Part shown: one piece after another, positions 8,710 to 15,472 of the stretch | Layout of the letters: the number at the start of each line of letters is the position of its first letter | Numbering within the stretch: the stretch's first letter is position 1 | DNA from: Nitrososphaeraceae archaeon | GTDB taxonomy: Archaea > Thermoproteota > Nitrososphaeria > Nitrososphaerales > Nitrososphaeraceae | NCBI GenBank assembly: GCA_035250975.1 | Contig: DATFEP010000077.1 | Coordinates: forward strand, 1 to 15,472 | Reading direction: 5' to 3' | Length of the DNA stretch: 15,472 nucleotides | Notes under the pieces: generated by a model | The model's database searches: none | Told to the model about the DNA's origin: nothing | Seen by the model: only the letters and a program-made list of their open reading frames with translations | Program-made: the position numbers and the translations under genes

Positions 8710-8774
8710 AAACTTGGGGGGCTTAAAGCATGACATTTAATTGGGATCGGTTTTCTGTTATTTAATTTTACTTT
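8710..8774 (+). repeat. Repeat family B, copy B3
   Basis: AAACTTGGGGGGCTTAAAGCATGACATTTAATTGGGATCGGTTTTCTGTTATTTAATTTTACTTT aligns ungapped with 12140-12204 (32/42 in the core, plus a near-identical 23-nt T-rich tail). Confidence 0.88.
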
Positions 8775-9083
8775 TTTAATATGAAAAATTGTCTAATCAC
8801 AAAATGTTAACGCAATGAGTGGGATTCAAACCCCGAAGAAGTACACCGGTGTTTGTAAGATATCTCTCGAGTAATGGATTAATGAAATATTTATTTTAAA
8901 AAAAGAAAAAAGGTTGTCGATCGGTATATTGGATTATTCGACTTTATTATCTATTTACAAGTACCTGAAGGTAAAAGGGAGGAAGTTAACACAAGGTTTG
9001 GATTATTTATTAAATAGAAAAAACAAATAACAGCATAAAAAACGAGCTCTTCATATAGTATAAAGACTAATACAGAGTAAATA

Positions 9084-9353
9084 ATGACGACAGAATTCAC
9101 TTATCATTATTTGTCATATTGTGTTTCTGTTTTCTTTCTCTTTTACTCTTTATTTTTATTGTCAGTCCATGGTGAATTCGAACAAGAAGAAGACTATTCA
9201 AACATGGACATATATGGAAACATATTTTACAACAATATCGATGATGAAATCTTGGACACTGAACCTCCCGTTCCAATGAATACCACAGAACTGATAGAAA
9301 TAGGAAAGAATCTTACAATTATCCACAACCCTTCTACTGAAAAATATTTTTAA
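9084..9353 (+). CDS. Small hypothetical protein, N-terminal hydrophobic segment and acidic tail
   Basis: 89 aa; signal-like segment (VSVFFLFYSLFLLSVHG) followed by an acidic region. Family not recognised. Confidence 0.5.
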   Translation: MTTEFTYHYLSYCVSVFFLFYSLFLLSVHGEFEQEEDYSNMDIYGNIFYNNIDDEILDTEPPVPMNTTELIEIGKNLTIIHNPSTEKYF

Positions 9354-9420
9354 TATCTGTCCTTATCTGCAGAAACAACCAATAACAAACTAACAAAAAA
9401 TAAAATAAAAAAAGAAAAAT

Positions 9421-9633
9421 TTAGGTTGGTTGTACAATCAACCCTAGTTTTTCTAAACATTCCAGTATGTCGTTTCTCTCCTGCTGAGTCACATCCACAG
9501 TATTAGTTAGTGCATTTTCTATTTGCAAGTATGCTGTCGCTTTCTCTGCGTCAGTTAAAGAGGCTAATATATTAAATAGACCGGTGACCGTTTCTGTTTC
9601 TGCCTCAAGTAAATCTAGGAACTGATTGAATTG
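9421..9633 (-). pseudogene. 5'-truncated gene remnant (C-terminal 70 aa of a larger protein)
   Basis: Not in the ORF track. Stop-to-stop open frame QFNQFLDLLEAETETVTGLFNILASLTDAEKATAYLQIENALTNTVDVTQQERNDILECLEKLGLIVQPT*, protein-like and amphipathic. An in-frame TAG lies at 9634-9636 and there is no start codon at the 5' end. Confidence 0.65.
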
Positions 9634-9818
9634 CTATGTATCTTAAACATAGAAAGAAATTTTTTAAAATAAAGTCATAGAAGTATTTACTTATGGATTA
9701 TAAAAAATCATGTTAGCGATTCTTTATTGTGATCTTCCTTACTGATCTTTTTTAAAAATATTACACTGAAAAGTATTATCTAGCTCTTAAATATTTTAAT
9801 ACTCTTTTAATAGATACA

Positions 9819-10181
9819 TTGAAAAATAACAAATTAATAGGAATACCTTTGGCAATATTGTTAATACTTACTATAACAACTGTTGGCTTTACTAATTCTG
9901 CATTTGCACATAGTAAAAAGGCGAAAGTTGGTTGCTATGATCTTGCTATTAACCTTGTAAGTTGGGATGGACTGTACAGATACATAGATGACGATGATTT
10001 AGCAGCTCTTGAGGATGTCTTTGGTGAAGATCCAAAGGATGACTTAGATCCGGCTTCATTCGATAAAATCATTGATAGACACATGGAAGATGTATTAGAT
10101 GACTTTAAAGATGCCAAGTGTAAGAAGCATATTGATAAGGATCTAAAGAAGTGGATAAGAGATGTTGAGTTTGAAAGATAA
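9819..10181 (+). CDS. Hypothetical secreted protein
   Basis: Clear signal peptide (MKNNKLIGIPLAILLILTITTVGFTNSAFA|H), then an acidic helical domain with two Cys. Confidence 0.8.
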   Translation: MKNNKLIGIPLAILLILTITTVGFTNSAFAHSKKAKVGCYDLAINLVSWDGLYRYIDDDDLAALEDVFGEDPKDDLDPASFDKIIDRHMEDVLDDFKDAKCKKHIDKDLKKWIRDVEFER

Positions 10182-10495
10182 GAATAAGATATAGATAGAT
10201 AGAATCAGGTGTAAAAGATATTTTAAGTCATCCTTAAAGCCATTTTTCTTATCTAAATCTCCATAATTCTTCCAAAATTGAATGTAGATCTTTTCATGCA
10301 AGGTCAATTAATTGTGAATTGAAATGCCTGCGTAACACGACAATCAGTTTATAATATTTATTAAAGATTATTGAATATATCTTAATATACAGAACAAATA
10401 AGGTTTTTCCTTAAGCATAGATTGTTTGATGCATATTTCATAGACTCCTCCAATATTATCTTCCATTTCCTAGTATATGAGCCCAATTGGTAGAC

Positions 10496-10540
10496 GGGCC
10501 ACGAGGTGTATCAACTGATTTTGACACAATTTTGTAGTTC
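10496..10540 (+). repeat. Repeat family A, copy A4
   Basis: GGGCCACGAGGTGTATCAACTGATTTTGACACAATTTTGTAGTTC; 10511-10544 is identical over 34 bp to 15348-15381. Confidence 0.95.
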
Positions 10541-10709
10541 TATATCAAAAATATCCACAATTTGTTCTTACATTCTAACAAAATACCATTGATATATCGT
10601 TCTTGATATAGTGTAGAATTGATGAAAAAGAATAGTAAATTAGAAAATTTTACATTACTCCTTAACTATTAAAAATTTTTAATGTGATACCTATAATTCT
10701 ATTTAATTA

Positions 10710-12014
10710 ATGTATAGTATAAACAGACAGGTTCCACTTTATCCTCTATTATTGATTAATTTTATTGGAACTCTAGGTTTTAGTATTGTTTTACCTTTTT
10801 TGATATTTTTAGTCATAGATTTTGGAGGGAATGCTATAGTTTATGGAATACTAGCTGCAGTATATCCTGCATTTCAACTAATAGGATCTCCAATTCTAGG
10901 AAGATGGTCTGATATTTATGGCCGAAAAAAAGTTCTTCTTGTCAGTCATGGAGGAACATTAATTGGTTGGATATTTTTTCTTTTTGCATTGTTTTTGCCT
11001 GTTGAAAATCTTTTTATCATTAATTCTGCTCTTTTTGGAACTATTGTTATAACTCTTCCCTTACTTGTATTATTTTTTGCACGTTCTATTGATGGAATAA
11101 CAGGTGGAAATATCTCTGTGGCCAATGCCTATCTTGCAGATATTTCATCAGATGAAAACAGAAGTAAAAACTTTGGTAAAATGGCAATATCTTCGAATCT
11201 TGGTTTTATTGTTGGTCCCGCATTAGCAGGAATTTTAGGTGCAACTATTTATCAAGAAATATTACCTGTCTTGGCTGCTCTATTTCTCTCTCTAATTACC
11301 TTAATAGTCATAGGTTTCGCTTTAAAAGAATCAAAGCCTCAATTGGCTGTTACGAAACAAATTCCGGAAAAAGAAAGTGTTAGAAAAGTTTTTGCACATG
11401 AATGCAAAGAATGCTACCAGCCTGAAAATCCAAAAAAACTTAAATTTCAAGATGTTTTCAAGTTAAAAAATATTCCATTCCTAATTTCCTTATACTTTTT
11501 TATTTTCCTTGGATTTAACATATTTTATACATCTTTTCCAATTCATGCAGTGAATGATTTAAAATGGTCAGTAACAGAACTTGGAATATTTTATGCAGTA
11601 CTAAGTGGAATCATGGTTTTGGTACAAGGTCCGATTTTGCATAAGTCTTTAAAAAAATTCTCTGAAGAAAAACTAGTTATAATTGGAAGTATTATTCTAG
11701 GTACAAATTTTATTTTATTTATATCAAATGATGATAGCTTAATTTATGTCGCTGCAATTCTGTTTGCAGTTGGGAATGGGCTGATGTGGCCATCTTTTAT
11801 GTCAATACTTTCAAAGATTTCTGGCAATATATATCAAGGATTCATACAAGGAGTTGCAAGTAGTTTTGGGAGTCTAGCAAGTATTGTTGGACTAACAATA
11901 GGAGGATTTTTGTATAATTTAATTGGAGGATTTACTTTTCTAATTAGTGCTGGAATCATATTTGCAATTTTTATTATGTCTTTTAGACTATTGAAAATGA
12001 AAGTGTTTAACTAA
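10710..12014 (+). CDS. MFS transporter, DHA1/TetA-like drug:H+ antiporter family
   Basis: Motif A (LGRWSDIYGRKKVL), motif B region (ARSIDGITGGNISVANAYLAD) and motif C (LGFIVGPALAG); 12 or more hydrophobic segments. Confidence 0.94.
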   Translation: MYSINRQVPLYPLLLINFIGTLGFSIVLPFLIFLVIDFGGNAIVYGILAAVYPAFQLIGSPILGRWSDIYGRKKVLLVSHGGTLIGWIFFLFALFLPVENLFIINSALFGTIVITLPLLVLFFARSIDGITGGNISVANAYLADISSDENRSKNFGKMAISSNLGFIVGPALAGILGATIYQEILPVLAALFLSLITLIVIGFALKESKPQLAVTKQIPEKESVRKVFAHECKECYQPENPKKLKFQDVFKLKNIPFLISLYFFIFLGFNIFYTSFPIHAVNDLKWSVTELGIFYAVLSGIMVLVQGPILHKSLKKFSEEKLVIIGSIILGTNFILFISNDDSLIYVAAILFAVGNGLMWPSFMSILSKISGNIYQGFIQGVASSFGSLASIVGLTIGGFLYNLIGGFTFLISAGIIFAIFIMSFRLLKMKVFN

Positions 12015-12139
12015 CTAATTATAAAAAATAAAAAAGGTCTATCAAAATAGGATATTATATTTTAAATATAGTCTAAATTAAGTCATGTTTACCATTTTTT
12101 CTATTCTTTGAAAAATGTTATTGAACCCTACTAGTATAT

Positions 12140-12186
12140 GGACTCGGAGGGCTTCGAGAATGACATGCAGTTGGGATCGGTTTTCT
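12140..12186 (+). repeat. Repeat family B, copy B4 (best tRNA-3'-like core)
   Basis: GGACTCGGAGGGCTTCGAGAATGACATGCAGTTGGGATCGGTTTTCT. Lies between the convergent MFS and TFB genes, 16 bp from the TFB stop. Confidence 0.95.
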
Positions 12187-12202
12187 CTTATTTTATTTTA
12201 CT

Positions 12203-13204
12203 TTATTTTATCGATTTTAAATTCAAGGTATAAACTATATCATTATACCATTTTCTTAAAACTGAATCAGATATTCCTGTTGATTTTGCAAATTCTCTCT
12301 GTGTTTTTGTTTTTCCTTTTTTATCGTTATAATCCTCATCAATTTTACAGGCAACATATACGGTTGAAGCAGCAATTGCTATTGGATTTTTTCCTTCGTG
12401 AATCTTATTTCGTTTTACATCTGCCATGATTTGTATTGCTTTACGTTCTGTACTCTCGTTTAAATTCATTTTATTTGTTATTTTTATAATACATTTCATT
12501 GGATCTATAACAGGTACGGTCTCTAAACCAAGTTCAACAACAAGAATTCTATAATAATGTGAAATAGTTCTTATCTTTACATTAGTTGCTTTTGAAATCT
12601 CTTTTAGTGTTGTGGGTCTTTCAAATTCTTTACATGCTAAATAAATTGAAGCAGAAACTATTCCATCTATTGTTCTTCCACGTACAATTCCCAATGACTG
12701 TGCTTTTTTATAAAAGTAAAATGATTTTTTTATTATCGCATCTGAAATACCAAGTTTGTATTTTAATTTATTCAGTTGTTCAAAAGCATATTTTAAATTT
12801 CTGTCTGTTGCATTATTATATCTTGTTCTTTTCTCCAATACTCTCAATTTATTTATAATGTTCTCCATATCTGTTCCAATTTTTCTTCCTGTAGCATCCA
12901 CATTAGTTCTTCCTATGATTGTAGGCGATTGAATATTATAGGGTAGAATATTGCTTGTATTGTGAGACATTAACTCATTATTAATTGCCTGTGCAGTACC
13001 GTTAACATTGTTTATCTCTTCATAAATTAGTGGTGAAGGACATTCATCATTCTTTTCATCAGATAAAACTTTACCGCATTTAACGCAAATTACTTCTCTC
13101 GTTTCAGGATCGGATATAGTTTTATAATTATCATTACAAATTAAACATAATGATCTTTTATCATTAATATTCTCAATGTCATTCTCATCATTGTTATAAC
13201 TCAA
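12203..13204 (-). CDS. tfb: Transcription initiation factor IIB (TFB) paralogue
   Basis: Zn ribbon CLIC...DPETREVICVKCGKV; two cyclin repeats (DRNLKYAF, VRGRTIDGIVSASIYLACK...TLKEI, GKNPIAIAASTVYVAC, TQREFA). Confidence 0.95.
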   Translation of the reverse strand: MSYNNDENDIENINDKRSLCLICNDNYKTISDPETREVICVKCGKVLSDEKNDECPSPLIYEEINNVNGTAQAINNELMSHNTSNILPYNIQSPTIIGRTNVDATGRKIGTDMENIINKLRVLEKRTRYNNATDRNLKYAFEQLNKLKYKLGISDAIIKKSFYFYKKAQSLGIVRGRTIDGIVSASIYLACKEFERPTTLKEISKATNVKIRTISHYYRILVVELGLETVPVIDPMKCIIKITNKMNLNESTERKAIQIMADVKRNKIHEGKNPIAIAASTVYVACKIDEDYNDKKGKTKTQREFAKSTGISDSVLRKWYNDIVYTLNLKSIK

Positions 13205-13811
13205 TATTATTTAATACGTATAAAGATAATTTATGTATTTAATAGGTTATAAAAAATAACATTTTTTAATCAGATTTGGTTAACTGATAATGTAGATAAA
13301 TTAAATATAACACAGACAATGGTATTATATAATATCTCCCACTCATGTAAAGCAATATAGGATATCTGATGGGAGAAAATGTTTTCTTTTTCGTTGATGC
13401 GTAAATTTTTGGTTTTAGGTAAGTGCCATGAGATAAAATGAATTCTTTAAATATTAAGCATCTTTTAAAATTTTTTCTTATCAATATCACCAATTGTTCT
13501 TCATTCTTATTTCAGAAAGGCATAATGTTTTTCCATTTGGAAATAAATCATTTTTCTAGTATTGCATAAAACCTTGTAGGATTGTCTTTACTTCCATTTC
13601 TGGATTCTGTAATTTCCTTTACTGCATAAACCTGTTCTTTTACTATGTAAATCGAATCCCAATAGGAGCAAGTGTTCTATTTAATTTCTCTTTAAGATTT
13701 CCAAGAAATCATTTTCAAGTTATTGATATCAATTCTTCATTGTAGCAAAACTATTTTCGTTGAACCATAATTGAACTATCAACTTTAATAGTTCTTGATT
13801 ATTTTCAAAAA

Positions 13812-14119
13812 TTACCTTGTTACCGTTTCACAATCTACGGTTTTTCTGTCTCCTTCCAGATTGTTAAAGTTTACTGCGATATCATTTCCTGGTCCACATA
13901 TATAAAAATCAGCGCCTGAATTACCTATCAAGGTATCATCACCATTCGCTCCTATCAGTTTATCATCACCTTTGCCTCCCTTAATTATATCGTTTCCATC
14001 TCCACCATCAAGAAAATCATCTCCTGCTCCCCCATACAATTTATCGTTTCCAGAATCACCTATGAGCTCATCTTCACCTTCCTTTCCCTTTAATATATCA
14101 TACCCAATCCGCCGAACAA
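13812..14119 (-). pseudogene. 5'-truncated, frameshifted hemolysin-type Ca-binding repeat gene
   Basis: The RTX nonapeptides continue upstream of the called ORF (DILKGKEGEDELIGDSGNDKLYGGAGDD). One more repeat (LFGGLG) lies across a 1-nt deletion at about 14100. No signal peptide. Same C-terminal cap (CGPGND...GD...DCE) as 4915-5583. Confidence 0.8.
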
Positions 14120-14120
14120 A

Positions 14121-15143
14121 ACTGCTGTTATTTCAGCAATTATTGCAATTATTTCTATTTTCCTTGCAAATAGGAATAGTAAAGAACTCCAGAAATCAGA
14201 TTTTAATTATCAAAATAAGATAAAAGAATTAGAATTAAAACACTCTGAGAGACTAAAGAAACTTGAATCAGAATTAACAAGTGAAAGAGATGAAGTTGCA
14301 AGACGAGAATATGAATATGATGCCAGAAAGAGACTTTATCAAGAGTATGAACCATTATTGTTCCAATTCAATGAATTAGCAGAAAATGCGTTGAGACGTA
14401 TTATTGCGTTAGCAAGAGATTCTAGAGAAGGAAGATTCGAAGTAGGTAAAGGATGGCTTTCTGGTTCGGGATATTATTTTGACAGTACAATATATCGATT
14501 ATTTGTCCCATTTGCAATATTCAATCTTATGCAGAGAAAGTTAACCATGTTCGATCTAAAATTAGACCCATTTTTTACTCATCAGTATTTACTAATCAAA
14601 TTATTGTATCATACATTTAGTCACGATATAAGACTAGCAAATATTAAACCAAAAATTAACAATTATGATCCCAATCTAATAATGAAAGAGGATCCCAATT
14701 CTAAACAACAAGGAATTTACATAGGAATTGTTGATAATCTGGCTAACGAATTCATCATAAAAGATGGCGAAAACCTGAGAATAATGACCTTCGGAGAATT
14801 TTCTAAACTTTGCTCAGATTCTTCAAAATTTATAACTTTTGAGGCGATATCTAAAATATTCAAAGATTTTCATCCAGAAAGTCATCCAGTTCTATGGAGA
14901 ATATTAATGGTTCAAGCATATATCTATAGAATAATATTAATTGACTATGATAAACATTACAAAAAAGAGAGTGTAGACATTAAAGAGATATTATCTTCAA
15001 TACCCATGAATTGGCGGTTAAAGTTTGATTGGAGACAAGAAAATGAAAGAGAAAATATACCTGATAAATCTGTATTTGATGATCCTTTTAATGTAGCAGA
15101 GATCTATTTACGTAAAAGAATAGAAGAATTAAAAATTACATAA
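14121..15143 (+). CDS. Hypothetical membrane-anchored protein with coiled coil; true 5' end apparently lost (track start 14358 is internal)
   Basis: The frame is open from 14094. Upstream of 14358 it encodes TAVISAIIAIISIFLANRNSKELQK...ELELKHSERLKKLESELTSERDEVARREYEYDARKRLYQEYEPLL (TM helix plus coiled coil) but has no ATG/GTG/TTG. Confidence 0.75.
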   Translation, partial: TAVISAIIAIISIFLANRNSKELQKSDFNYQNKIKELELKHSERLKKLESELTSERDEVARREYEYDARKRLYQEYEPLLFQFNELAENALRRIIALARDSREGRFEVGKGWLSGSGYYFDSTIYRLFVPFAIFNLMQRKLTMFDLKLDPFFTHQYLLIKLLYHTFSHDIRLANIKPKINNYDPNLIMKEDPNSKQQGIYIGIVDNLANEFIIKDGENLRIMTFGEFSKLCSDSSKFITFEAISKIFKDFHPESHPVLWRILMVQAYIYRIILIDYDKHYKKESVDIKEILSSIPMNWRLKFDWRQENERENIPDKSVFDDPFNVAEIYLRKRIEELKIT

Positions 15144-15332
15144 ACACATGCAGTCATCATCTTACAATTGAAATTTTGAGATTTTTATTTTAATTATTGA
15201 AAAGGTAGCAGAGATAGCATGGTAGCGCTCCCTATAGAACGTATGTCAAAAAAAGTAATTTAATATAAAATAATTATGAAATCATTATAGATATTATAAT
15301 TTCTACAAGATATTACAGATACCACATAGTAA

Positions 15333-15377
15333 GTACACGGAGGATAGTCAACTGATTTTGACACAATTTTGTAGTTC
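15333..15377 (+). repeat. Repeat family A, copy A5
   Basis: GTACACGGAGGATAGTCAACTGATTTTGACACAATTTTGTAGTTC; 40/45 identical to 5738. Confidence 0.95.
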
Positions 15378-15472
15378 TATAGTTACAAAAAAAATAAATT
15401 ATTTCTTCATTTTCCAATTTTATTATGTACATCATCATATCTTTTTAGACCTACAATTTTTACGGTATTAAA

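Noticed and set aside
13651-13670. ATCGAATCCCAATAGGAGCA, tRNA-3'-like on the plus strand
   Set aside because: No complementary T-stem upstream, orientation opposite to the other cores, and it lies in apparently coding-derived sequence. Likely chance.
13266-13800. 75-aa ORF and upstream stop-interrupted coding-like segments on the minus strand
   Set aside because: Possibly a degraded pseudogene, but no family is recognised and the frames are broken.
3011-14223. Shadow ORFs 3011-3259, 4212-4469, 5411-5611, 5872-6150, 6076-6342, 7680-7886, 8457-8657, 9935-10117, 12115-12429, 12586-12858, 13972-14223
   Set aside because: They overlap well-supported genes in antisense or alternative frames, with typical shadow composition.
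471-15377. Repeats as a CRISPR array or canonical integron attC sites
   Set aside because: Spacing is 0.65-3.2 kb with whole genes between copies, and there are no cas genes. The repeats lack the RYYYAAC...GTTRRRY ends and long hairpin of attC.
1-15472. Transposase, integrase, casposase or intact RNA gene
   Set aside because: None is recognisable in any frame. Only short tRNA-3'-like fragments are present.

Overview
AT-rich archaeal DNA, most consistent with a soil ammonia-oxidising archaeon (Nitrososphaeraceae, Ca. Nitrosocosmicus-like). This is inferred from a TFB paralogue, F420-type oxidoreductases, RTX-like Ca-binding proteins and TATA boxes about 25 bp before start codons. The window is an accessory region of functionally unrelated genes: the 5' part of an MDR/Zn-ADH, an M28 peptidase, a PPOX-class oxidoreductase, a tandem PRC-barrel-like protein, a Ca-binding repeat protein, a GT2 glycosyltransferase, an LLM-class oxidoreductase, an MFS transporter, TFB, several small secreted proteins and gene remnants. 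The main unexplained structure is nine co-oriented, strictly intergenic 42-45 bp repeats of two related families (A at 471, 1853, 5738, 10496, 15333; B at 2500, 7165, 8710, 12140). They divide the window into eight modules of 0.65-3.2 kb, five of which hold exactly one gene. Both families begin with a GGGCTCGGAGG-like core whose reverse complement looks like a tRNA 3' end. Family A also has GTCAA-N6-TTGAC dyad geometry, as in tyrosine-recombinase sites. My interpretation (inference) is a tRNA-anchored, integron-like gene-cassette array in an archaeon. No recombinase or intact tRNA is present in the window.
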